Shown here in pieces: positions 51,244-64,000 of a DNA stretch of 64,000 nt. Position numbers and translations under genes: made by a program. The stretch is from Paecilomyces variotii. Its lineage: Eukaryota. The stretch is from assembly GCA_004022145.1 (NCBI GenBank), contig RCNU01000012.1, one strand, 5' to 3'. The notes beneath the pieces are model-generated. The model was not told the DNA's origin and ran no database searches. It saw nothing but the letters and a program-made list of their open reading frames with translations. The stretch's first letter is position 1. Each line of letters opens with the position of its first letter.

Positions 51244-51762
51244 TCAAACATGTCCTGGCGGGATCTGCTCTTCCTCGCCACTCTCCTGGTTCCTGGCCCT
51301 GGTCTGTTCTGCCGCCTTCAACAGAGCATACTTCTCCCCCACAAACTCTAGCTCTCTCCTCGTCTCTTCCAGCTCCTTGCTCACACCATGCACTCTTGTT
51401 TTCCAGTCCTCGACTACTGCGTCCGCCTTCTTGGTCAAACCCATAAGCTCACGTTTCATCCACTTCCGCTCCCTCCTCAACCGTCGTTCAACTCTCTTGT
51501 ACCGCGCCAGTTTCCGCTCGAGCGCTTCCCGATGCGCAACTTCCGTGTCTTTGATGGTCCCAATGACATCGTTGATAGGGCCCGTGTGGATTGCGCTGAG
51601 ATTTCCGGCCTCCGCTTGCTTGGCGATGTAGATGAACGTTGCGGAGATGTCGGTAGCAATGGATTTGATCAGCGATGTTTTGGAGCGCGAGGAGAGTGTA
51701 TCGATGTGTGTGAGACGCATGGCACACGAACCGGGACGGAAGAGGTCAGCATCTAGAGCCAT
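51244..51762 (-). CDS. Hypothetical coiled-coil protein
   Basis: 172 aa ORF with a charged heptad-like C-terminal half. Confidence 0.6.
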   Translation of the reverse strand: MALDADLFRPGSCAMRLTHIDTLSSRSKTSLIKSIATDISATFIYIAKQAEAGNLSAIHTGPINDVIGTIKDTEVAHREALERKLARYKRVERRLRRERKWMKRELMGLTKKADAVVEDWKTRVHGVSKELEETRRELEFVGEKYALLKAAEQTRARNQESGEEEQIPPGHV

Positions 51763-52744
51763 GGCTGGTGACTTTGATTTTTATTGACGAAGAGCAGCGG
51801 TGAAAATGGCAAGGTCGTCCCAGAGGTAGGTAGACCGTAGTCTTTGGATCTCAGCGTAGGTAAGCAGTTTACCACTATCCAAAAGGTAAGACGTACAGAT
51901 AGATGTAGGCTGCTCTCATATAATATATCTACAGGGCATAAAAGATGCTCTGTACTGATCTTCGTAAGCCACATGTCTCATGATACCGTCCAGAAACGAT
52001 AACAAAGGGAGATAGCCAAGGAATATGATATTCTAATAAAGCAGCATAGAGACGATATTCATTCATATCAGCAGTTTGCTGTCTATATTCATTGTTATCG
52101 TTATTTGATGCCTTCATTTCTGGTGATATATCCATCCGCTGTCTTGCCGGCACACCAGAAAAGACCTAGTATCACGTTCTAGTCTGTACTAATATCTGAA
52201 TCCTTTCTTTAATCCCCACTAGTTACACGGATATAATGAGATCTGCCTAAACTGACTTCTTGACGATCTCCTCGTCATAAGACACTTAACTCTGCCGTAG
52301 CTGACGAAGCGGTTGGTGGTTCGCCGAACCAGAGAAGTAAGCCTCAGCGCAGGAAGAATAGTATGTTATACTGTGTTTAATTGGGATTGATATAGGTATT
52401 AATTTCTCTACGGATGCAGAATAAGAGCGGGGTAGATGTGTATTTCGGGTGGTCGCATTTTCCGAATCCATGGTTCGTACAAAGTGAAGCTTTATCATTG
52501 ATTTTGAGAAAATTCTCTGTGAAAGACCGATTTAACACTTCCCGATCATCGGATCAATTATTGTCATACCTATTGACCTCCAACACTGCATTTACCCCGA
52601 TCTCCTCTATCGGACAACCTTAAACGGCGCAAGCTTACTTAAGTGGGGAGACCTTAACATCGCTCTACAGCAAACATCCCATGCCATACCTTATATATGT
52701 CATACTCCTTCCCCATCCATAGAGTACTAGGTATCTTTATAAAA

Positions 52745-53749
52745 ATGGCACCGAAGAACATTCTCCTCATTGGAGGCCATGGGCGCACCGCTCAACTCCT
52801 CACGCCTCTCCTCTTAGCACGCTCATGGAACGTAACCAGTCTCATTCGCACAGAGGCACAACGCGATGCTATTCTGCAATTAGGGAAAGGCCAGCCAGGA
52901 AAGATTGATGTCCTGATTATAGATCTCGAGACGGTGAAAACGGAAGATGATGCGAGGGTGATTATAGACAGGGCGAGACCGGATTATGTCGTTTGGGCCG
53001 CTGGTATGTGTGAACTGTATATACAGTACTTTTCTGTGCATGTCGATCCATCTTATCGATATTTATGCGTTTCAAACGAACCCTTGGACATCTTCAACTT
53101 TATCTGCTGTATTTGGGTTATTCATCTATAAACTCCTCCATTTCCCCACCAACCATCCATACTACACACACACTCTAACCTCAACACAGGCGCCTCAGGC
53201 AAATCCGACCCCAAAACCATCTACGCCGTCGACCGCGACGCCGCCAAATCGCTCTTCCGCGCCTCCGTCTCAACACCCACCATCACCAAAATCCTCTCCA
53301 TCTCGCACCTAGGCAGCCGCAAAGCCCATCCATCATGGTGGAGTGAAGAAGAATGGAAATACATCCAATACGCAAACAGCCTGCATTACGACACGTATCT
53401 CGCAAAGAGCGAAGCAGATGAACTATTCACTGCTCTCGCGAGACGACGCGTAGTGGAAGGTGGCGATGAGGCATTTCAGGGTATTCTGCTGAGACCTGGT
53501 CGATTAGCTGATGGAGAAGCTGAGGGGAAGGTGGATTTAGGTCAGTGTCGTCCTGGGAGGCCGGTCACGAGGGCTGATGTCGCTATGGTGGCGAATGAGT
53601 TGCTTGCGAGGGAGGATACGTGGGGATGGGCGGATATAGCAGGGGGAGATGAGGGTATTGGTCATGCGGTGGAGAGGGTAGGGACGAGTAGGCCCCGTGT
53701 TGATGCTATTGAGGGTGAGGATTTGGACAGGATTTATTCTTTGAAATAG
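52745..53749 (+). CDS. Atypical SDR / NAD(P)-binding Rossmann protein (NAD_binding_10-like)
   Basis: NILLIGGHGRTA, DYVVWAAG, intron ~53004-53189, then YAVDRDAA, YxxK-like YLAKSEADE, ILLRPGRL and VTRADVA. Confidence 0.85.
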
Positions 53750-54308
53750 GAAGTTTGCGGTGCGCGTCGTAAATAGATTTTCAGAACTTCAGGTCACATA
53801 TAGGGTCAGTGTTTGGAATATTGGTACCTATGTACTGGTTCTATGGAGAATGTTAACGCTACTTTCGATATCAATAAGCCACACCGTAAAACTGTCCTGT
53901 AAGAGCGGTCCTACCTAAATAGCAGATAATGGAGCGCCATCAGCGCCTTCGAATGCTCTAGTTTGTATACCATACTCTGTATAGACACTCCATCACTTTA
54001 AAGCAATTGATCGTATTTAAAGAGATAGATAATTCCAGTTCCTGCTATTTTATGGAATCTTCGGAGATATCCACGGGTGGGGTACGTACTAAATCCGGAT
54101 CCACCCAGATTTCAAGATCTAGCAGCTTAGTCATCTACTGTCCCTCCAGTTTGCACTGTTTGTTCTTCAATGACGGATTTCTCAGCGGGGCCCGATTTCA
54201 AAAAAAAGATGATATTAGAAATAAAGTATAAGTATCTTGATCACTCTTATCTTGTTAATTCGCCTGTTCGTTGAGAGGCTGTTTTGATTCTCTTCCATAC
54301 CGTTCACC

Positions 54309-55764
54309 ATGGGCCAAATCGAGGAACTCCCCGACGACTTCGACGAGTCGCTCGATCTCAATAAACCTCCGATCGAACCTATCGCCCCGACGCTGCCACC
54401 CAGTGGTCTAGCAGCGATTACTGGTGTTTCCAATGAAGTTCCCTTCCCTATCAATGAGGATAGATTGAAAGATGTACACAATGATCCATCGGCGCCGCGG
54501 ATGCCCCCGGCAATGGAGTCTGTCAAGTCGCATACTGCAGATGAAATCTTGGAGATGATGAACAAGACGCCATTGTTCATGACGGATTTGGAAAATGCGG
54601 GTGATGAGGGTGCGTATATTGCTGTCTTATCTTATCTGTACTCTCTGACAGTGGGGTACATGATCCCTCGCTGAGGAGCCTGAGGAGTACATGGCTAATG
54701 TAAATGAAACCTGCAGAGGGAAATAATGTCATGCTCGACGCTATACGCGCTATCCAAAACGAAGGTACCCGTGGTGAAGTTGCGCAGAATTTCCGAGAGC
54801 AAGGAAACGAGTCTGCCAAGGCCAAGAATTGGAGGGACGCGAAGGAATTTTATGATAAAGCTATTGCCGTCTTGGTCGTCAAGGAAGACAGGTGGGAAAA
54901 GCCAGAGGATCCGGAGGCGGAGAAGAAGTTATTGCGGGAAGTGGAAGAGGCATGCTATGCCAATCGGGCTTTGTGCAACTTGGAACTGAGTATGTGGATG
55001 TCCTTAATGCTGCTGTCTTTTTGACAGCTCGCTGATAACGACCTGCAGGAAACTATCGATCTACGACACTGGACTGTGCCTCTGCACTGAAGGTCAACCC
55101 CAAGAACATCAAAGCCTACTACCGGTCATCCGCGGCATTGCTTGCCTTGGATAAGATTGATGAGGCTGAAGATGCCTGCTCGCGTGGTCTGCAGCTCGAC
55201 CCGACCAACAAATCACTGCAGCAAGTGGCGTCCAAGATCGCTGCTCGTAAGACTGTCGTGGAGCGCATTGCGGCAAAGAAGAAGGAGGAAGAAGAACGAG
55301 CTCGCAAGGAGAAACTGATTCTCAATACGGCATTGCGTGCCAGACAGATCAGGACAAGAATGACCAACCAGCCCCCCGATATGGAAGACGCCAAGATCAA
55401 GATGGTTCCTGATCCGCTCTCTCCTGAAAGCACGCTTGTTTTCCCGACCGTGTTCCTCTACCCTGTACACGCGCAGTCGGATTTCATCAAAGCCTTCTCA
55501 GAGATGGAGACTATTGCCGATCACCTTAGCTATATCTTCCCACTGCCATGGGATACCAAGCAGGAGTACACGCTTAATAACGTCGAGTGCTACATGGAGA
55601 CTACCACAGGTGGTCTCATCAAGGCTGGGAAGAAGCTCCCGCTGCTGAAGATCCTTGCTGGAGGCAAGGTTGAAGTTGTCGATGAACTCGTTCGCATCAA
55701 CGTCGTGCCGACAAGCCACGTTCCCAAATGGATTGAAGAAATGAAGGCCAGGAAGGCAAGCTGA
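54309..55764 (+). CDS. CNS1: Hsp70/Hsp90 co-chaperone, TPR + wheel domain (Cns1/TTC4)
   Basis: MNKTPLFMTDL, TPR repeats (AQNFREQGNE, YANRALCNLEL, NPKNIKAYYR) and C-terminal FPTVFLYP..QSDFI. Two introns. Confidence 0.88.
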
Positions 55765-56200
55765 GTTATCGGCGATCATAGTTGACTTGCCGCCAATAAG
55801 CTTGTTCGGAAAGGGCAAGCCTTGTCCAAATCTCCTCGCGACGGTGATCGATCTTCTTTTACACAGGCCGTCACCACCAGCTTGTACAGCGTAACAGCCG
55901 AGGTCCTCCCTCAATGAGGATGATAGACCACTCTGAGTTGGAGAATCCATATTCAGATGATGGTTGCCGGTGCTTGGCAGGCATACCAGGGGAGTTCGCA
56001 TGGACATTAGCGCAGGAGTAAAAAAGTGCAGAACAGGACGGAGCCTAGTCTCTCAAAGTTTGATACCCTTTTCATGATAAAATATATACCAGTGATTCCC
56101 ATGAATAATGTACATGACTATAGGCAATTAGTCATTTTTGAGTCCACGACATAGATCACTATATATCGATCATACCTATATATTTGGAAATGGTATCGCA

Positions 56201-58586
56201 TCAGGACGGAATTATCATGTCAGCGAGCAGAAAATCAAATTGACCACTGTCCAACATGTCGAGTGCAAGGTCGAATTCCTGGGAAACAGATTGATTCTGA
56301 TACTGGCTCTCACTCAGATTTGATTCCAATCCAACGACGTCCCCTCTTGTTGTCTGCAGGTCATCATGTTCCTGCAGAGTTCCAGATCTAGCCTGAGCAG
56401 AAATATCTTCATCTGTTCTCTGAGACGCGTTTAGGACGTATCCAATATCACATCGCTTTAGATACTTCCGAGTCGGCTGTTCACCGCCGAAGACGATGGC
56501 GATCTCACGGACAAGAGACTCTCGTGCCTGAGGATCGCGCGACTCGCGCTGATCAATCATATCAAGCATCTTGCGCAGAACGCGGAGCCCATCCGCGACG
56601 ATAGATCCGATGTCCTTCAGCTCAAGGTCGGAGATGACCATTTCGATATCCTTTCGCATGAGGTCTGGTGAGAAATCCGGAAAGGATCGTTCCACGAGGA
56701 GGAAAGCAGCTAGTGTGATAGCTGCTGTGTAGATTTGATAACCCTGTGCTAGATATTTCTGTGAGCGTCGGAAACGCTCGACGTCCGGCTCTCGCATGCT
56801 TCGGTACACATCTAACATCCGCTGCGCAGCTCTGGCGCAGATGCCCCATGATTCGCCAATTCTGGCGTGCAGGAACTGTCGATTCATGCGGATACGCTGC
56901 ATGCAGATGGAAATATGAAGTACGCAGTGCTGCCAGGCGATGTGGTCAAGACTAGATAGGTGTCTGGTGCTGGCTTCGCTGTTGGTCCGAAAGTATAAAG
57001 GGAAGCAGTCGACGAGTTGTTGCATTTCACCATCGATAGCTCTAATATAGTCGTAACTCGAGACATAATCTCCATCACTGACATAGATCTTCCTGAGGAT
57101 TTTAAATGCTTCTGCACGACAGATGGTAGCACTCATGTCTGTCGGCTCTTCCATGGGTCTCGGCTTCACCGCTGTCTCGGTGATATCGTGGTCATTGCAA
57201 TTGAGTGGCAGTGGAACTTTTGAGGCAGCAGTATGGATGAGAGGGGTCCTATCTAGGCATAATGATTGAAATCTGGTTGATCTGTTAGCGAGAATCAGGG
57301 AGATCCATGCAGCCTTTCCGGATCAATGATAACCTACGTGTCACAGCACCACAAGTCCCACCATGCCCGTCGCCGCAATTCCGTATCCAGACAATTGACA
57401 CCAGGAGTACCCTTGTCTAATCCCAGAGCCTGTGCGTTTCTTACCGCCTGTCCCAGTGCGCTGTATAGTTCCGGTCAATATTCTGCAGGTAAACTGAAAG
57501 CATAGATGATACGCACGAGTTCATAGCTTCAATGTTCTTTGTCGATAACCAGTACAGCTGAGTCGCTATGAACGTTTGAAGCTGCATCAGATTTGGCTTC
57601 GACTCAAACTCTCCAGCGTGTAGAGCCTGCCGTGAAGCTGAGTGCCATGTATGGGCTAGGCTTCGAATTTTCGACGGTTCAAATCCTATCGCCTCGACGA
57701 GTTCAAAGGGGATGTGAAGGGCACTGATCGAAATGATTGTAAAAAGAAGAGAAAGCCAAATAAGGTCGATGTCATCGACATTGGTGGTCCAGAACTGTGA
57801 ATACTGATGTCGAAAAGATGGCACATGGATGGCCTGGTAGAGCCAGTTGGAGTTTTCCATATAATAACACATGAGGAGATCGCATTGGTTCTGAGACGGT
57901 AGGGCAGCCGCAAGATGCGTTTTCCAGAATAACTTCGTGTCGATCGGGTCTCTGGGTACCTGGTTAAACGAAGAGAGCATACACCCGCTGAGCAACTGAG
58001 GGTGAAATAAAACGGCCGGAACATATCCAGAAGACTCGAGAGAATAGATGTTCTGAGATCCAGATGATGAAGACTGCATGAATTGCCTCCAATGTTCCGC
58101 GAATCTAGACATCTGCACTCTTCCGGTAGAGCCTTGCTTCTGTGTCTGTTCTCTACATCGTGTGTGAGCCAGATTCGAGTTCACAGTATTATCTGCAGCG
58201 CGATCTGCAATAAGTCCCTGAAGCGGCCTTGCTTGTGGGTCTTGATCGATATCCTTGGGACTCTGGCTCGCAGACGGTTCTGCAGCAACCAGAGCTCGGG
58301 ATCTCCTAAGCCCAGGTACTCTATCTTTCAGGACAGCAGATGGAGCCGGATGCTGTCTGCATTGGTCTTCTCGTCGATATCTACTGCACGTGTGGCACGG
58401 AACATGGCGATCGCATCGCAACTTATGTTGTCGACATGGCAGACAGCTTAATGTCCGTCGATTTGTCGTCCGTTTCCGATGAGGGGCTTTAACTGAAGTA
58501 GGCCGTGAAGGGGATGTAGGACCAGGTGGAGGTGAGCCAATGGATCCGGTTGTATCTGGAGGAGAGGGCAATACGCGCACCATCAT
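56201..58586 (-). CDS. Zn(II)2Cys6 transcription factor with fungal-specific TF domain
   Basis: SCLPCRQHKLRCDRHVPCHTCSRYRREDQC. The middle region includes ELRRRAWWDL (exon ~57340-57460). Multi-exon. Confidence 0.88.
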
Positions 58587-59613
58587 ACCAATCAGGGAGG
58601 AAGGTAATAATAGGTACGCAGATAATACCTATTCTGGAAGCGTGAACGGCTCTCGCGTATAAGACGTGACACAACTATGCAGGGAGACCAACTGCCACGA
58701 TGTGCTGTCCTCAGAAGTCCGCAGAAAGCGACGAGATTAGTTGTCTTTCGAGGGTTTCATTGCTGGTCTTGCGCCATTGTCGCTGGGGTACGAGATAAGA
58801 GGCCGAACACCGGTCTCCGCATATCAGAGGTACTTAGAAGTGACCTCCAATTCCGCCTTACTTTGGCGTGTTTTTTAGGTCACCAGGAGGTACCGCTAAA
58901 GTGTCTCCTACCTTAGCCGAGATAAGCAGTTCCCCACGTGTCCGGCGCGGAGAACAACCCGGATAAGGAGCATGCTTATTGGTGGAAATAAGTACGAAGA
59001 GCTTCAATTATTTAGTCGTTTACTATATAAGAGTGTCAAATACCACAAAATGGGGCTTCACGGCTGTGATGCTAAGCACATTACCCGTGGCAGCCTCGAA
59101 ATATCGTTCACCAAATCCTCGGCTCTTGGCTGCTCCCGGTTGGGGCTGGCTCTTACATGAATACAAGGGCCTCTGTTCTGGTGACTTGGTGTTACGGAAC
59201 TAGACAAGTCGAGAGCACTAGGCCTACAGTAATAGGATGCCTAGCTACAACTGGTTCTGCAGAGAGTATTATGGCTTACAAGCTATCCATGTAAAATTTA
59301 TGAAGAAGGCATGCATGTCGCATGCAGCCCATTCTCCCTGATACAAGCCGTAATCAAAGTCATTATCGTCATTAGAAACAGATCATACACAACTGATAGT
59401 CGAATATTTCTGCTGGTATATCGCTGATACGGGTTATTAGGAGATACATGCCAGTCATGAGCCAATTAAAGAAATGGTAGCGGAAGCCTGCCCTGATTGC
59501 GGATTAGGAGAGTTGTAGCATACAGACCTCCCGAGGAACGAACAACTAAACCTGAGTGTTCGTAGGAACGTGTCTTGGATGTAAAAGCACTAATGGAGCT
59601 CCCCATCCCCCGC

Positions 59614-60161
59614 CTACACTTTTCCAGGGCGGACCTTCTTCGGCAGAGTCCATGGTTCAGGGCAAACAACCTAGACGATCGTTAGTTGCGAAGAAAGACG
59701 CCATCAAGCGACCGTACTGACCTCTCCTTCACTGAAGGCCCAGAAGTAAACTCCCATGCCGATCAGGTAATAGACTGCCGCGTCTCCTGTTTGGTACAGA
59801 AGTGCGCAGATAAGTGCACTGAGGGGATAAACCACCAGGCGCAGTTCGATACTGCGGTGTGGCAGCGTTCCAGCCAGAGGCTTGAGTGGCCATTCCCACA
59901 TGAAAGCCACTAGACTCATTATCAAGTTGAGTATCTGCAAGACTGGTGCGGGTTTCACTGCGCCGTCGAGGTTGTGTGACAAGAAGTCCCAGAAGACCTT
60001 TGGCCAGAAGAAGCCTTCAATAGATCCGGCAAACTGGTCTGTAGAATGAAAGATAATCAATCAGTAAGGATTCAGGCGACATGTCATACTGGCGAGGACT
60101 TACAGAAGGCTGCTGACATGATGATCAGTCGCGCCAGATGGTTTTTGATGAGTCTGCCCAT
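59614..60161 (-). CDS. noxD: NoxD/Pro41, fungal p22phox-like NADPH oxidase partner
   Basis: Spliced: MGRLIKNHLARLIIMSAAF/YQFAGSIEGFFWPKVFWDFLSHNLDGAVKP...WEWPLK...LLYQTGDAAVYYLIG...WAFSEGE/VVCPEPWTLPKKVRPGKV*. Confidence 0.85.
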
Positions 60162-63100
60162 GTTGACGGTTGTTTTGTGGGAAAGAACGTGTGGTTTTAG
60201 CGGTCTACTGAAATCGAGGAAGGATTAAAAAGGTTGAAGTTGAATCGAAATATCTTCCGTCCGGCGGAAGAGGTGTGTGCGAGGTTGCGAAATAGTCGTA
60301 GACCGTCAAGGCCTGGTTCAGATGTCGTTCAACGGCACTTCACCGTCGTCTTTACTATTCACCTCGGAGATGCACAGCACACTCTCTAAGACCACCTCTT
60401 GTTCAGGGTCTGGGGATCACGCGTATATTAAATACAGGTATGAGAACATGTCCGCAGTCGAGGCACTGGCACTGGCAGTGGGGATCTGAGGCGCCGCGGA
60501 TATGGATCGCAAACGGCACGAGCGTTATCGTCTGACAGCAAAGGGGTTCGGGAGTCTGTTGAGGTAAAACGCGGCTGATTTGGACCGATCGAGTAGCTTA
60601 TGCTGTTTTGAGAATTGTTGCTTTGGGAAACACACTGAAGCTGTTACAGATGCCAGAATCGGGGAAGTCGCTGCCAGGTCAAGCAAGCTTAGGAGGAGAG
60701 ACATGATCGCATAAAGCTTGGAGACCAGGGTGGAAGTTCTGCAGACAACCAGCCCTGCGCCTTCTACCAAGAATCTAGAGACTAGATCTCATCGTCCATT
60801 CAGCATGGGTTCTTTCTCTGTGATTTTTTAAAAGGCACAATCGCTGACCAGTCAATAGGTTTATTCCAAGCATGGAAATGAGTGAGCCTTTGGCGAGTAC
60901 GGATAGAAACTCACGACTGGACAAGCCCCGCAACCTATCGGGCATGCATAACGGTATAATCCACAGGCTTATAATTAGCGCCAGAGTTGCAACGAGTGAC
61001 GATGGAGAGTTCCATCTCCTACAGGGACTCGGGGCGATTAGTGTTCGACTGGGCGTGATGGTGCCGCATTTGCTGCAGGAGATGAGCGGGATCGCGCCGT
61101 GGCTGGAACCTCGACTCAAGCGTCCCAGAACCGAAGCGATGACCACCTTCTGGCAGCGCATGAATCACGACAAACCGATGAAGCGACGGTGAGGGAAGAC
61201 GAGACGGTCAGGGAAATAATAGCAAGTTGACCCAGATCAGCTATTTTCCATCTTGTCGGTAAAATATCCCGTCTAGCGCCTTTTTACTGTTTACTACAAT
61301 CCAGATAAAGAAAACATGCTGGATTGCGGTAATTGTGCTCGCGACTCAGTCTGGAGCAAACCACTGTCCGCAGAACCCGTGCTAAGCACGCCACTGCGGG
61401 TGATAATAACTCTACAATCAGAGAGAGTCTCACTCAATTGCAAGTACTGAGGTTCTTGGTTCCGGCTAGAGTGCGTTTATACCTGCCAAGCTAACTTCTC
61501 ATCACACATTGATGGAGTGGGAGAAATGGGCAATGATAGTTAATATATACTTGACTGCTAACATTGCCCGCATGACCAGAGCAGGAACTGCAATGGAAAT
61601 CCGATTGGCAACTATGAAAATCGGATGGCTGCAGCGCGGTGTTCCGATGTGATTACTACTGTAGATGCGCGGCTGCAGAATTCTCATGATAGGTTCTGGG
61701 GGTCTTGGGCTTTAAGTACTTAGCAGCGTGGCTAAGCCTTTGGCCAATCCCGCCGTCAATTGAGGTTGTCGGCAGCAATTCCCACTTAACAAGGCTTCGT
61801 AGACTGCAGATGATAGACCACCGTTTGTCCAATACCAACGGCACTGCCAGCAATACCATTTTTACCTAGATACCAGTGACCTTTGAGCGCTGCCAAAAGC
61901 ATGCCCTGATCGATCCACCACATTGTTATCTGAAGAAGTTGAGTTCTAGGACTTGCGCTCATCACCGACGGCACGGACGCCAGGATGCTTTGATGAATAT
62001 CGCCTCGTCATAGATGGGGACAGTCTAGAATCATAATGTTAATTAAATATTTGCTCATATGTGTCGCGATCGGACAGATTTGGTATCGTCAGCTAAGTAG
62101 TAGCTCACGATCAGGCAGATCATTACAGACGCGCATCCGATAATAATATTCTGCCCCGGCAATCATTACTTGTAGATCGGGACTCTGGACCGAACCGCGA
62201 TGACTTCTTGTAGAGACGCTGTCAAGGCTCACTGTGTATTCTCTCGTGAACGATGTAATAATAATACCTAGATAATAATCCAGACTAGAGTTGACTCGAT
62301 CAACCCCCTCGAACCCCAGCACTAACGGCTCGGCTCGCTGTATCCCTATTCTACCAGTCAGAGGGTCGGACAAAGCACTCCAGCAGTCGGCCCTGGACCT
62401 TGCTGCACTGCTGCAGAACATCTAAATGAATACAATGTCCTCTTCACTTTCCTGTCCCTGCATACTACTTACTGTTCTTCAGACGCCATCCGACGTGATT
62501 CTCAACCCCCGCGACTATCTACACGTGCTGGCAGCGGCAATCGGTCTCTCACGCCCGCGCTCAAACAACCAGTGTCAGAGAGCACTCTCCGCAACGGACA
62601 TTTCGACAAGCACATCATACTACGAGCCGCATTATTCCTCGAACTCGAACGGCCTCAAAGGTCGACGATCTTGACATCAGCTTGAACGCACCGGTGTCGC
62701 ACTGTTCAGGGTCCTATAATATCAAAACAGGCATCGAGTGTCTAAGCTTCTTACCTCCTTTGTCGGAGAAATCCACAAGTTTCCGCACTTCATTCCTTTT
62801 TTGTCGCAACTCGAGGAAGACATCCGGTGATCGAATCCCAGTTAAGCCATTTCTAACTGTCGAAGACACGGACGGTCAGGGGAAGCAAGACAGCCTCGTG
62901 GGACTGGATCAGATCAAGTGGGTAGATCGATAGTGAACGCCAAACACGGTATCGCACTAGAACTGAAGCCATCCCGACAGCCCAAAACGGGGGCTGTCCT
63001 ACCTGGGACAGGCCTCAGGTGCGCCTGTTTAATAGTCAACGATACCTCCGCGCCATAAAATTTTCTTGGGTGGTCGTCAGGTTTGCCGGACAGCCCTCAG

Positions 63101-63344
63101 ACCCTTCGATTCCGTGGCACTCGCCGTCTGTCGTTCTCTTGGAGAGTCGTCGACTCATCAGCATCTGGGGAATCTCTCAGAGTCACTGTTCCACCAGAAG
63201 CCTCTGTACCAGAGCGCGACTTTCGTTTCTCTTCTAGTTCTCGTTCATCGCTGGTCGACGATCGGATATTTGAAACCCTTCTTTCTTCTCTTCTTTTTCT
63301 AATACGATACCTTTTCTCGTCTGTACACTTCATCGGTATTCAAC

Positions 63345-64000
63345 ATGGGGAGCTTCTTCACTGGTTATCTTGCGCCATCCAAACTTCTTTTCTACTTTCT
63401 CTTCCATGGTCTTCATCTGGCCTTATTTGCTGTAGGATGGTAAGTATCTGCTCTAAGTTGATACTCTGTTTCTTCACTGACAATTTTGCAGGTATCTACA
63501 GGAGACAAGTAAGAAGTTGACCCTTCTTAATCTATTAAACTTTTCAGTATGGATATCTCGTGGCGCCGGACTGGCCTTATCGGTTGATGGGACCCTGATC
63601 CTTCTCCCTATGTGCCGGACGCTGTTGAGAATTGTGCGACCGAAGATAAAGTGGCTACCGTTGGATGAGTCTATCTGGTTTCATCGACAAGTAGCCTACT
63701 CGCTGCTCTTCTGGACAATTGTTCATGCTTGCGGCCACTATGTCAAGTGAGACCTCCACGACAGAAAGATTAAGAGAGATTCTTGCTGACAATCCATAGC
63801 TTCTTCAACGTGGAGAAGACCCAAGTCCGTCCAAACCTAGCTGTCCAAATCCATTATGCCGAGGCTGGTGGGGTGACTGGCCATATTATGATGCTTTGCA
63901 TGCTTCTCATGTACACGACAGCCCATGCAAAGATTAGGCAGCAATCTTTCGAGACATTCTGGTACACTCATCACTTATTTATCCCGTTTATGCTTGGTCT
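63345..64000 (+). CDS. noxA: NADPH oxidase catalytic subunit (gp91phox homologue), 5' part; truncated by window end
   Basis: SVWISRGAGL, LILLPMCR, DESIWFHRQVAY..VHACGHYVN/FFNVE, TGHIMMLCMLLMYTTAH, IRQQSFETFWYTHHLF (heme-ligating His pairs). The short N-terminus lacks the NoxB-type extension. Confidence 0.9.

Noticed and set aside
60162-63344. Short ORFs between noxD and noxA
   Set aside because: All are under 150 aa, overlap on both strands and have no domain motifs; treated as non-coding.
39920-64000. An oxidative-stress or iron gene cluster (CCC1, peroxidase, noxD, noxA)
   Set aside because: The genes are spread over 24 kb with unrelated genes between them and no shared motif was seen. 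Only the noxD-noxA pair is retained.

Overview
A 64 kb window of intron-containing filamentous ascomycete DNA. Gene style and content suggest Eurotiomycetes, but the taxon is inference. About 28 protein-coding genes can be modelled by eye. I can support no rRNA, tRNA, CRISPR array or intact transposon. The left half (about 1-38 kb) is accessory or catabolic: secreted agmatinase-like gene, GFA protein, fluoroacetate-dehalogenase-like hydrolase, GT2, DszA-type monooxygenase paired with a DUR3-like transporter, methyltransferase, scytalone-dehydratase-like gene, OYE and MFS. The most coherent system is a four-gene cluster at 6.0-15.5 kb: a Zn2Cys6 regulator, a 3-hydroxyacyl-CoA dehydrogenase fused to a YWTD beta-propeller, a cytochrome b5/b5-reductase fusion, and an anchor-less P450. 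Its promoters carry dense CCTCGG (FarA/FarB-type) motifs, suggesting an NADH-recycling fatty-acid hydroxylation/oxidation module. The right half is more core-like: CCC1, a peroxisomal class I peroxidase, CNS1, and a divergent noxD-noxA pair. It also holds a ~1260 aa 'hypothetical' protein with a cryptic USP/PLpro-like cysteine protease domain. All splice models and family assignments were made by eye and need HMM or RNA-seq confirmation.
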